A stretch of 64,000 bases of DNA from an uncultured bacterium (lineage in GTDB: Bacteria; Zixibacteria; MSB-5A5; CAIYYT01), in contig CAVSCK010000004.1 in NCBI GenBank assembly GCA_963726455.1, forward strand, positions 224,001 through 288,000. Reading direction: 5' to 3'. Position numbers and translations under genes: made by a program. Positions 28,196 to 37,267 of the stretch are shown here, piece by piece (the first letter of the stretch is position 1; the number at the start of each line of letters is the position of its first letter). The notes below the pieces were generated by a model. That model had not been told where the DNA came from. It did no database searches and worked only from the letters and a program-made list of their open reading frames with translations.

Positions 28196-29641
28196 ATGGA
28201 AAAGAAGAAGATTAAAGAGGGTGTCTGGGAGATTCCCGTCGGCGCCAAGCAGGGAATGCGGGTGCCGGCAAGGATCTACTCGTCTGATCGACTTATTGAT
28301 TCAATCGATCAAGGCGTGTACGAACAGGTAACCAACGTCGCCTGTCTGCCGGGAATAGTAGGACAGGCGCTTTGTATGCCGGACGGACACTGGGGCTACG
28401 GCTTTCCGATTGGCGGCGTAGCAGCGTTTTCGCTGAGTGAAGGAATCATCTCGCCGGGAGGCATCGGTTTTGACATCAATTGCGGCGTGCGGCTGTTGCG
28501 CACGAATCTTACGCTTGAAGAAGTTCAGCCGAGGTTGTCGCAACTATTGGACAAGCTCTTCAAATATGTTCCCGCGGGTGTCGGGACAACCGGTTCAGTG
28601 CCACTGAAAAAAAAGGAGTTTGAAGAAGTTCTGGCACGCGGGGTCAAGTGGTGTTACGAAAAGGGATTTGCCACTGAGTCCGATTGCGAGAACGTGGAAC
28701 AAGGGGGCTGCCTGAGCCCTGCCGATCCACAGCAAGTCTCGGCCAAGGCGATGGAACGCGGAATCGACCAACTTGGCACGCTTGGCTCGGGAAACCATTA
28801 TCTGGAAATCGAAGTGGTCAAACCGGAGAATGTTTTTGACAAGACATTGGCAGTGCGGTTGGGAATCGACCGTCCGAATCAGATCGTCGTGCTCGTGCAT
28901 TGCGGATCGCGGGGATTCGGGCATCAGGTAGCGACGGACTATCTTCAGGTATTCGCCAAAGCCGTACAAAAGTACGGCATCAAGATCAATGATCGCGAAT
29001 TGGCATGTGCGCCGTTTAGTTCGCCGGAGGGGCAGGCGTATTTCAAAGCTATGTCCTGCGCTGCGAACAATGCGTTTGCCAACCGGCAGGTGATCGCACA
29101 CAACATCCGTCGGGCATTCACCGAGGTCTTCGGCAAGACTGAAAGGGAGTTGGGAATGCAGACTGTGTATGATGTCGCGCACAATATTGCCAAGATCGAA
29201 AAGTACAATATCGAGGGCAGGGAGCAGGAATTAATCGTTCATCGCAAAGGGGCGACGCGTGCCCTGGGGCCGAACTCCCCAGACCTGCCGGACAAATATA
29301 AAGATATCGGCCAGCCGGTGCTGGTCGGCGGATCGATGCAAACTGGGTCATATTTGTTGGTCGGAACTGATCTGGCTAAGCAGGAGACCTTCGGCTCGAC
29401 ATTGCACGGCTCGGGACGAACAATGTCACGCTCGCAGGCAAAGAAAATGGTGCGCGGAGATCAACTGCGCAAAGAGATGGAAGAACAGGGGATCGTCGTG
29501 AAGGCGGCGTCGCTGAGCGGCTTGGCGGAGGAAGTTGGTTTTGCCTACAAGAACATTGATGATGTGATCGATGCAGTTGAAAGCATCGGTATTTCGCACA
29601 AGGTGGCCAAGATGCTGCCGGTGGGAAATATCAAGGGATGA
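28196..29641 (+). CDS. rtcB: RNA 3'-phosphate/5'-OH ligase RtcB (long, archaeal/eukaryote-like type)
   Basis: MPDGHWGYGFPIGG, FDINCGVR, GSGNHYLE, HCGSRG, YDVAHN, HRKGAT, HGSGR. Confidence 0.97.
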   Translation: MEKKKIKEGVWEIPVGAKQGMRVPARIYSSDRLIDSIDQGVYEQVTNVACLPGIVGQALCMPDGHWGYGFPIGGVAAFSLSEGIISPGGIGFDINCGVRLLRTNLTLEEVQPRLSQLLDKLFKYVPAGVGTTGSVPLKKKEFEEVLARGVKWCYEKGFATESDCENVEQGGCLSPADPQQVSAKAMERGIDQLGTLGSGNHYLEIEVVKPENVFDKTLAVRLGIDRPNQIVVLVHCGSRGFGHQVATDYLQVFAKAVQKYGIKINDRELACAPFSSPEGQAYFKAMSCAANNAFANRQVIAHNIRRAFTEVFGKTERELGMQTVYDVAHNIAKIEKYNIEGREQELIVHRKGATRALGPNSPDLPDKYKDIGQPVLVGGSMQTGSYLLVGTDLAKQETFGSTLHGSGRTMSRSQAKKMVRGDQLRKEMEEQGIVVKAASLSGLAEEVGFAYKNIDDVIDAVESIGISHKVAKMLPVGNIKG

Positions 29642-29672
29642 TCTGCTGACTATCGTTTCATTCTGAAATGGC

Positions 29673-29752
29673 AAAAAAAAGAGGGCGGACACTCTGGTTG
29701 GGTAGAGGGGGCTAGGAAACTACCCAAGGACAACAGAGGACTACCCTCAGCC
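29673..29752 (-). ncRNA. Candidate ~80-nt structured small RNA ending in U8 (alternatively an unusually long terminator)
   Basis: Nested stems GAGGGT/GCCCTC, CTCTG/CAGAG, TTGGGTAG/CTACCCAA, C-rich loop and T8 tail; TTGACA at 29784-29779 upstream. Confidence 0.45.
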
Positions 29753-29918
29753 GTATTTATCGGTATCAAAACCGCATTTGTCAAGGAAATTCTGTACTAT
29801 ACACGGCAAAAAGTGAACAATCTTCACTAAGTAGAGAATATTGATAGTGCGGGTTATTATTAATTTCCACTGTCAGATACTGGCAGTATGACCCCGGTCA
29901 TGCAGTGGTTCGCGTCCG

Positions 29919-30662
29919 CTAATTCTTTCGCTTGAAGTAATTTACGACCGGAACTGTGATACGCTCGGGCGGTGTGCTGGAGAATTCCAGGGTGATTGAA
30001 CTGAGTGCTTCATTCTCATTCAACACCGGCGCCAATTGCTCTACCTCGAAGTTGAATGTGCCGTGCGCTTTCACGGTGGTTTGCAGCGACGATATTTTGA
30101 GCGTGCTCCTGGGATAGTCGACAACTTTCAATTCGATGTCATTATTGAAACCGTTCGTGATCATCATTGTCTTCTGCATTTTGGAGCTCGACGAGGACAT
30201 CATGAAACGAATCGCAGAGGGCTTGGCTTTCACCAGCGGATGCTCCTGATTAACGACGCCCATAAACTTAATCAGCATATCCGGCTTGGCAGGATCGTTG
30301 GACTTGATTGCGATGTCCTTGATCATCTTGCCGATCATGTTCTTGGTGTCGAACAGCACTGATAATTGAGCAGAGTCACCGGGCGGAATGGCTGTTTTCG
30401 ACAACGGGGCAGTGGTGCAGCCGCAGCCGGGTTCAACCTTGAGGATTTTCAGAGTATCGCTGCCGACATTTCTAATCCAGAAGTCATGGTGGACGATCGC
30501 CTCAGGGATCATGTATCCAAAATACCAGTAATCCTGCGCTAGTTCGATCTTGGGGGCTGTACCCTGGGCCTGTCCGGCGAAACAGGTGCTGTTCATTATC
30601 GTTGACACGAGGAAAAAGAGGAACGCCAAAAGCGTAAGTACCCGCGCGGAGCGAGACAGCAT
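29919..30662 (-). CDS. DUF1573 domain-containing exported Ig-like protein
   Basis: Signal peptide; HDFWIRNVGSDTLKILKVEPGCGCT..IPPG..SNDP. Confidence 0.85.
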   Translation of the reverse strand: MLSRSARVLTLLAFLFFLVSTIMNSTCFAGQAQGTAPKIELAQDYWYFGYMIPEAIVHHDFWIRNVGSDTLKILKVEPGCGCTTAPLSKTAIPPGDSAQLSVLFDTKNMIGKMIKDIAIKSNDPAKPDMLIKFMGVVNQEHPLVKAKPSAIRFMMSSSSSKMQKTMMITNGFNNDIELKVVDYPRSTLKISSLQTTVKAHGTFNFEVEQLAPVLNENEALSSITLEFSSTPPERITVPVVNYFKRKN

Positions 30663-30675
30663 GGAATCTGAAAGT

Positions 30676-31671
30676 TTATACATGGATGACGGCATCTTGC
30701 TCAAGCTTGAAGTTATTCTGGCGCATCCAATCATCGGAATAGAATTTCGTGATATACCGTATGCCGGCGTCAGGGGAGAGGATGACCACGACATCATTGG
30801 CTGTGAGCGAATCCCTCACTTGCAGCAGCGCGTGAAATATCGAACCAGTGGAGCCGCCGACGGACAGTCCGAGCGAGCGGGTCAAGTTGCGCGCAGCCAG
30901 GAACGCGTCGTTGTCATGGACTTGAATGACCTCGTCAATGTACTGGGGAAGGAAGGCGCGCACCATCATGTCGGTGCCGATGCCCTCAACCTTGTGCGGC
31001 TGAGACTCGCCGAGCGGCCGACCGGCGTGGATTGCCTGAAACAGCGACCCATGCGGTTCTACCCCGATGATTCTGGCCTTGGGATTCTTTTCTTTGAGAA
31101 ACTTACCTACGCCCGAGATCGTTCCCCCGGTTCCAACCCCCGCAACGAAACAGGTGACCATACCCTCTGTTTGATTCCAGATTTCCTGGCCGGTGTCGTA
31201 GTAGTGGGCGTCAGGATTGAGGGGGTTGTCATACTGGTTCATCCAGTAATAGCCGTTCTCCCTGGAAATGCGTTTGGCTACCTGATAGCCGTTGTGCGGA
31301 TCATCGAGACTGACGTTCGCCGGAGTTATGATTACCTGGGCGCCGTATGATTTGATCAGATCGATTTTCTCTTTCGAGGTCGTGTCGTACACGGCGAAGA
31401 CTGACTGATAGCCCTTGGCAGCGGCCACCATCGCCACGCCGATACCGGTATTGCCGGAAGTATTGTCGCAGATCGTATCGCCGGGATGGATCCGGCCTCG
31501 TTTCTCCTCGGTGTTGATCACGTACTTTGCGAGTCGATCCTTGATTGAGCCGCCGGGGTTGGTCCATTCAAGTTTGCACAAAACTGTGGCCGGACATCCG
31601 GTCAGTGACATGGGAATCTTGACCAGCGGCGTGTTGCCGATCAAGTCAAGTATCGATTCAGCAAATTTCAT
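30676..31671 (-). CDS. PLP-dependent cystathionine beta-synthase / cysteine synthase family protein
   Basis: IGNTPLV, NPGGSIKDR, TSGNTG, GVGTGGT, KVEGIG, GGSTG. Confidence 0.92.
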   Translation of the reverse strand: MKFAESILDLIGNTPLVKIPMSLTGCPATVLCKLEWTNPGGSIKDRLAKYVINTEEKRGRIHPGDTICDNTSGNTGIGVAMVAAAKGYQSVFAVYDTTSKEKIDLIKSYGAQVIITPANVSLDDPHNGYQVAKRISRENGYYWMNQYDNPLNPDAHYYDTGQEIWNQTEGMVTCFVAGVGTGGTISGVGKFLKEKNPKARIIGVEPHGSLFQAIHAGRPLGESQPHKVEGIGTDMMVRAFLPQYIDEVIQVHDNDAFLAARNLTRSLGLSVGGSTGSIFHALLQVRDSLTANDVVVILSPDAGIRYITKFYSDDWMRQNNFKLEQDAVIHV

Positions 31672-31851
31672 TGATGGTATCCTTTGAGCGGACTTTCAAT
31701 TACCGACTGAGTTCCTTGTGAGCTGGACGCGGCGCCCATTTCTCTTCTCATTTGCGTACATGCGATATGGAATCATGGCATCTGCCCGTTGGCAGATGCC
31801 ATAATCAGCAATTTGCGGATTGCGAATGCTCTCGTCAATCTCATCGCGAAA

Positions 31852-32721
31852 TTATTGCGCGGCGTTGATTGTCTCTTCGATCTTTGGAATGTATTCGGTT
31901 TTGACCTGGCTCACTTTTCCCTTAAACTCGGGTTTGTTTCCTGCGACCCTGACAAAGTCCTGGCATGCTTGCAGGGCCTCGTTCCACTGCTGTGCATTCA
32001 TATAGGCGACCGCGAGATTGTAGTATGCGCCGGCTTTTCCGCGATCGGCGGCAACGGCACCCTTGTAAGCGGAAATTGCGGCGGTGAATTTCTTCTGAGC
32101 GAGCAGCAGGTTGCCATAGTTAAAGAATCCGTCGGCAAACTTGGGATCGATTCGGACAGCTTCCTGATACTCTTTTTCGGCGTTAGGAATATCCGCCTTT
32201 TCCTTGTAGGCCTGCGCCAGGAAGAAGTGACTTCGGGAATCGGAGGAGTTGGCCGAATTGTATAACTTGTAGTACTCGATCGCTTTGTCCCAGTTCTTTT
32301 GCTCGAGATATGCCTGTCCCAGACCTTTCTGTGAGTCAGCATCACCGGGCTTAAGCTCCAGCGATTTATTCAGCGATGCCGTCGCCAGTAAATACTTCTT
32401 GGCGGCCAGTTGAACCATGCCGAGGTTGTAATAGGCCTGCTGGAAATTGGGATCAATGGCGATCGCCTTCTGGAATGCTTCCTCAGCCGGAGCGCCCTTC
32501 TTCATTTCCCAGCGGACGGTTCCCAGTTCGTTCCACGCCTCTTTGTACTGTGGATACGCGGTAGTAGCCGCGAGGAAGTTCTTTTCGGCATCGGCGAAGT
32601 TCTTGGCCTGTTTGGCCTTGATGCCTGCGTTATAGGATTCCTTCGCGGCGTTGTCCTGCGCAACCAACGTGCTGCAGAAGGCGAGGGTGAGCAGGATGAC
32701 GAGAAGCTTTCTAATCTTCAT
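31852..32721 (-). CDS. Exported TPR repeat protein
   Basis: Signal MKIRKLLVILLTLAF; tandem TPRs (AWNELG, AYYNLG, SHFFLA, GFFNYG). Confidence 0.88.
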   Translation of the reverse strand: MKIRKLLVILLTLAFCSTLVAQDNAAKESYNAGIKAKQAKNFADAEKNFLAATTAYPQYKEAWNELGTVRWEMKKGAPAEEAFQKAIAIDPNFQQAYYNLGMVQLAAKKYLLATASLNKSLELKPGDADSQKGLGQAYLEQKNWDKAIEYYKLYNSANSSDSRSHFFLAQAYKEKADIPNAEKEYQEAVRIDPKFADGFFNYGNLLLAQKKFTAAISAYKGAVAADRGKAGAYYNLAVAYMNAQQWNEALQACQDFVRVAGNKPEFKGKVSQVKTEYIPKIEETINAAQ

Positions 32722-32830
32722 AAGGTTTCCTTTCGCTGTCAATTTGACCGGACTATTCAAAACAATCTTTATCACTTTTAAGTACCACGTTCCTGTTACA
32801 CTTAATACCGTTGACGCCGCCGCTTGTTCC

Positions 32831-34117
32831 CTAGGCCAGAAATTTGAATCTTTTCGTCCAGGCCTTGTAACCGATGTCGGAGCGGGAATGCTTGCCTTCG
32901 AACCGGATCTTTTCCGCCACTTCATACGCTCGCGCGACGGCCGATTCCAGATGTTCGTCAACTCCTATAACACCAATTACACGTCCGCCGTTCGTAAGAA
33001 ATTTGCGCGACTCGAACCTCGTCCCCGAGTGGAAGACCAGAGCATCGGAGTCCTTGATGTCCTTAAGTCCATGAATTTCTTTGCCCTTTTCATACTCACC
33101 GGGATATCCTTCCGAGGCCAGTATTACGCAGGCGGCGTAGGCATCCTCCCATTCGAGGATTTCGTCCGCAAGTGTGCCGTCAACTACAGCGCGAAAGATG
33201 ACAGCCAGATCGGTCTTAAGCAGGGGAAGGATTGCCTGGGTTTCGGGGTCGCCGAAGCGGCAATTGAACTCAATGACTTTAGGGCCCTTTTCCGTGATCA
33301 TGAGTCCGGCATAGAGGAGCCCCTTGAAGGGACGTTTTTCTTCGGCCAGACCGGCAACTGCAGGTTCAAGCACAAGATCGAGAATGTCCTTCTGCATCTT
33401 TTCGGAAACAAAAGGCACCGGAGCGTAGGCGCCCATGCCTCCGGTATTGGGACCGGTGTCGCCATCGCCAACGCGTTTGTGATCCTGTGAGGGGATCAGG
33501 GGAAGCACGCTCTTGCCGTCAGTAAAGGCGAACACCGATGCTTCCTCGCCCGTCAGGAAATCCTCTATGACGATTCGTAAGCCGGCGGCGCCAAATTGGC
33601 GTTTCTGCATCATATCGCGAATAGTGCGTTCGGCCTCCTCGAAATTCTGCACTACCGAAACACCCTTCCCGGCAGCGAGGCCGTCGGCCTTGATGACCAT
33701 GGGATAGGCGGAACCCTTGACAAATCGCACGGCTTCCTTCATGTCCTCGAAAACCATGTAGCTTGCCGTGGGTATATGATATTTCCTCATGAACTGCTTG
33801 GCGAAGGCCTTGGACGCCTCGATTTCGGCCGCGAGTTTGGACGGGCCAAAAATCTTAAGCTTCTCGGTTTCGAAGCGGTCAACAATACCGAGCGCCAATG
33901 GAACTTCCGGCCCGACTACCGTCAAGTCAATGGCCTTTTCTTTGGCGAACCGGACCAGATTCTCAATGTCGTCAACCTTGATATTGACCAATTCGGCGTG
34001 GCGGAAAATGCCGGCGTTGCCCGGCGCGGCATAAAGTTTCTCTACCAGAGGGCTCTTGGCAAGTTTCCAGCAGATGGCGTGCTCGCGACCACCCGAACCA
34101 ACAACGAGAATTTTCAT
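32831..34117 (-). CDS. purD: Phosphoribosylamine--glycine ligase
   Basis: GSGGREHA, VGPEVPL, KADGLAAGKGV, QDHKR..GPNTGGMGAY, EFNCRFGDPE. Confidence 0.98.
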   Translation of the reverse strand: MKILVVGSGGREHAICWKLAKSPLVEKLYAAPGNAGIFRHAELVNIKVDDIENLVRFAKEKAIDLTVVGPEVPLALGIVDRFETEKLKIFGPSKLAAEIEASKAFAKQFMRKYHIPTASYMVFEDMKEAVRFVKGSAYPMVIKADGLAAGKGVSVVQNFEEAERTIRDMMQKRQFGAAGLRIVIEDFLTGEEASVFAFTDGKSVLPLIPSQDHKRVGDGDTGPNTGGMGAYAPVPFVSEKMQKDILDLVLEPAVAGLAEEKRPFKGLLYAGLMITEKGPKVIEFNCRFGDPETQAILPLLKTDLAVIFRAVVDGTLADEILEWEDAYAACVILASEGYPGEYEKGKEIHGLKDIKDSDALVFHSGTRFESRKFLTNGGRVIGVIGVDEHLESAVARAYEVAEKIRFEGKHSRSDIGYKAWTKRFKFLA

Positions 34118-34256
34118 CAACCGTCCCTAGTCAGAAAGAGTTAACTCAATAAAGTCTACTATTTTAGTCAAAGAGGGGCGCCAACGCAAATTGTTTTTGA
34201 CCAGGACATTGTGGTGGTGGACTGTGACAAAAGCAGGGGATATGGACAAGTTTTTG

Positions 34257-34284
34257 TTGACATGTTTTCGCTGATCCGTATAAT
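34257..34284 (+). promoter_or_regulatory. Perfect-consensus sigma70 promoter
   Basis: TTGACA-N16-TATAAT. Confidence 0.8.
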
Positions 34285-34385
34285 GGATGCGAATGCTTTA
34301 GGCGGAAAACCGAATCGGCGTCCAGTAGGGCTACGGCGTAGCTGTAACTGGAAAGGTTTTCATTAACCCTTATTTATTGTAGTTT

Positions 34386-34739
34386 ATGTCACCAAGCAAA
34401 ACCATTGTTTGCTGGTCATGCAAACAGTCGGTCGAGATTCCTGAAAAGGTTACCCGCACCGACACCTGTCCAAAATGCGATCAACCGTTGAAATGCTGTT
34501 ACAACTGCCGTTTCTATGATCGCGATGCTTATCATCAATGCACGGAACCGCAAGCGGAATGGGTACGGTACAAAGAAAAAGCAAATTTCTGTGAGTACTT
34601 CACCGCGCGCGTACCGGTCACGGCCGCGCCGCCGCAAGCGCAAGCAACCGCACCTGCTCCCAGGCAGGGTAACGGCAACGGCTCCAAACAACCGAAAGAC
34701 AAACTCAAGTCGGCCTGGGATAGTCTTTTCAAGGAGTAA
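34386..34739 (+). CDS. Small Cys-rich hypothetical protein (putative Zn or Fe-S binding)
   Basis: CWSC, CPKC, CCYNCRFY, C..E..KEKANFCEYF; low-complexity linker and C-terminal AWDSLFK helix. Confidence 0.8.
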   Translation: MSPSKTIVCWSCKQSVEIPEKVTRTDTCPKCDQPLKCCYNCRFYDRDAYHQCTEPQAEWVRYKEKANFCEYFTARVPVTAAPPQAQATAPAPRQGNGNGSKQPKDKLKSAWDSLFKE

Positions 34740-34771
34740 GCACCGCACGTGGGAAAACGACAGAACGAAGC

Positions 34772-36061
34772 ATGAAACGGCTGTTGTTCTTATTTGAGGA
34801 TGATCGCGCGGACGACTTCTATCCGCTCAGTCTGTCGCATAGCGTCGCGGAATTGCAGTGCGGCATTCTGTCCCTGGGTGACAAATGGTCGGCACGGATC
34901 GATAGCGATGAGGTGCGGCTGATCACGCGGCCGGCATTACAGGCATATCTCACCGAGAATCTGCAGCGGCCGGTAAATTTCTTCGATAACGTTGACGCCG
35001 AACAAATAATCTTTGCGAATCCCCGCTTCCAGCCAACAGAAGAGGCCGTTGAAGCGATTGAATCCGAAACAAAAGAGCGGGCGTTTGCTTGCGGCGGGAT
35101 GCTGGTAGCCATCACCTGCACAACGGGGAGCAGAATCTGGGAGTCATTGAAGGTGGCTAAGACCGGAGATTACTACCACATTCTGGCGGAATGGGCAAAG
35201 GGGCTTAATCAAATTGAACTAAAGCTAAAATCAGTGCGCTATTTGTGGGACATCGTTCATCGCAACTCCAACGAGATCGAGCTCGACTTCGATTTGTTGG
35301 TTCCGGAACTGGACTTTTCGCAAGTGTTCGAAGGATCGGAGATTGATGATGACGCGCTGATCTATAACCTCGACGATGTATACATCGGCAAGGGAACCCA
35401 AATCGACGGGCAGGTCGTAATTGACGCTCGGCCAGGGGCCGTCTATATCGGTGAGAAGGTCTCGATCTTTCCGCATACACGCGTGGAAGGCCCGGCCTAT
35501 ATCGGCGACTACTGCCAACTGGTCGGCGGCAAGATACGCACCGGATGTTCATTCGGGCCAAACTGCCGCATCGGCGGCGAGGTGGAAGAGTCGATCTTCA
35601 TGGGATACTCCAACAAGTACCACGACGGATTTATCGGCCATTCCTATATTGGTGAGTGGGTGAACCTCGGCGCGCTGACAACTAATTCCGATCTCAAGAA
35701 CAACTACGGCAATATCAAAGTTGAAATGCCGACAGGACTGATCGACTCCGGCCTCAACAAAGTCGGCAGCATGATCGGCGACCACACCAAGACCGGCATC
35801 GGCACATTGCTGACGACCGGCATGGTGCTCGGTTTCGCTACTAACTTGTTTGGTGGTGGGTTGGCGGGTGGCAGGGCGTTGCCATCATTTACGTGGGGCG
35901 GACGCGACGGCTTCGTGGAGCACCGCGTGGAGGATGCGATCGAAACGGCGAAAGTTGTGATGTCGCGACGCGGGAGAAAGTTCGGTGCGGTGGAGGAAGA
36001 GTTGTTCAGGCAGGTGTTTGAGCAGTCGCAGTCTCTTCGTCAACAACAATTGAGCAAGTGA
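34772..36061 (+). CDS. GlmU-related sugar nucleotidyltransferase with hexapeptide repeats
   Basis: FYPLS..ELQCGIL; RIGGEVEES..NKYHDGFIGHSYIGEWVNLGA..NSDLKNNY. Confidence 0.85.
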   Translation: MKRLLFLFEDDRADDFYPLSLSHSVAELQCGILSLGDKWSARIDSDEVRLITRPALQAYLTENLQRPVNFFDNVDAEQIIFANPRFQPTEEAVEAIESETKERAFACGGMLVAITCTTGSRIWESLKVAKTGDYYHILAEWAKGLNQIELKLKSVRYLWDIVHRNSNEIELDFDLLVPELDFSQVFEGSEIDDDALIYNLDDVYIGKGTQIDGQVVIDARPGAVYIGEKVSIFPHTRVEGPAYIGDYCQLVGGKIRTGCSFGPNCRIGGEVEESIFMGYSNKYHDGFIGHSYIGEWVNLGALTTNSDLKNNYGNIKVEMPTGLIDSGLNKVGSMIGDHTKTGIGTLLTTGMVLGFATNLFGGGLAGGRALPSFTWGGRDGFVEHRVEDAIETAKVVMSRRGRKFGAVEEELFRQVFEQSQSLRQQQLSK

Positions 36062-36232
36062 AGATCACCTCGTCTTTAGCATGCTAGATCCGGTTAATCT
36101 GTCAAAAACAAAGGATTTGACCTGCTGTCAAGAGCAGAGTATGTTCCTGAGGTTGGATTGGGGGATTGTGAGCCGATAATATCATGTGTGTCACAAACCT
36201 AGGAATTCAAACCCGTTCGCGAGGGTAACACA

Positions 36233-37234
36233 TTGCCAGAACTGCGTAAGGATCCGATTGTTGGCCGCTGGGTGATCATTTCTACGGAAAGAGGCAAACG
36301 CCCCAGCGATTTTACCGGCACTGAAAAGCGAAAAGAACCACGTTCCTGCCCGTTTTGTCCCGGCAATGAGTCCATGACGCCTCCGGAAATCTTCTCGGTG
36401 CGCGACGCCGGCACGCGGCCCAATACGCCGGGCTGGCAGTTGAGGGTGATATCGAATAAGTACCCGGCACTTAAGATCGAGGGCGACCTCAATCGCGAGG
36501 GCGAAGGAATGTTCGACCGGATGAATGGCATCGGCGCGCACGAAGTGGTGATTGAGACGCCGGACCATTACAAGGACTTGGTCGATCTCGAGGTGAATGA
36601 AATCACACAGGTAATGCTGGCCAAACGTGACCGCATCGAAGATCTCAAGCGGGACATGCGATTCAAGTACGTGATGGTGTTCAAGAATCAGGGTGAAGCG
36701 GCGGGAGCTTCGCTGGAGCACTCACATTCGCAGTTGATCGCCACGCCGGTCATTCCCAAGCGGGTACAGGAAGAAATCGAGGGGAGCCAGAAGTATTTCA
36801 ACTACAAGGAACGTTGCGTTTTTTGCGATATCGTCAGGCAGGAACTCGGCGCTGGTACGCGCGTCGTAGCGGAATCGGACGAATTTGTGGCCGTCGCTCC
36901 CTTTGCGCCAAGATTTCCGTTCGAGACCTGGTTGCTACCGAAGAAGCACGAAAGCAATTTCCTGAATGTATCAAATCGTCTGCTTGAAGAATATTCGCGG
37001 CTGCTTAAGTCCGTACTGGGCAAGTTGAAGGCCGCGCTGTCCAATCCTCCCTACAACTATGTGCTGCATACCGACACGCTAAGTACAATCGCCCGCGATC
37101 AATACCACTGGCATTTGGAAATCATTCCCAAGTTGAGCCGCGTCGCCGGCTTTGAATGGGGCACCGGATTCTACATCAATCCCGTTTCTCCGGAGGATGC
37201 TGCGGCCTATCTGCGTGAGGTCGAAGTCAAGTAA
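36233..37234 (+). CDS. galT: GalT-family HIT nucleotidyltransferase (galactose-1-phosphate uridylyltransferase-like)
   Basis: ELRKDP..WVII, CPFCPGNE, NKYPAL, GAHEVVIE, GASLEHSHSQ, CVFCD; TTG start. Confidence 0.88.
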   Translation: MPELRKDPIVGRWVIISTERGKRPSDFTGTEKRKEPRSCPFCPGNESMTPPEIFSVRDAGTRPNTPGWQLRVISNKYPALKIEGDLNREGEGMFDRMNGIGAHEVVIETPDHYKDLVDLEVNEITQVMLAKRDRIEDLKRDMRFKYVMVFKNQGEAAGASLEHSHSQLIATPVIPKRVQEEIEGSQKYFNYKERCVFCDIVRQELGAGTRVVAESDEFVAVAPFAPRFPFETWLLPKKHESNFLNVSNRLLEEYSRLLKSVLGKLKAALSNPPYNYVLHTDTLSTIARDQYHWHLEIIPKLSRVAGFEWGTGFYINPVSPEDAAAYLREVEVK

Positions 37235-37267
37235 GAGATAGTTATAACCCAGGGAAGGGTTTGCAAT

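Noticed and set aside
34290-34380. c-di-AMP, c-di-GMP or ZTP riboswitch near purD
   Set aside because: Only scattered short matches; the conserved cores could not be built. Kept only as an unassigned structured leader.
36172-36180. GCCGATAA before galT as a sigma28 promoter
   Set aside because: No TAAA/TCAAG-like -35 element at the correct spacing.
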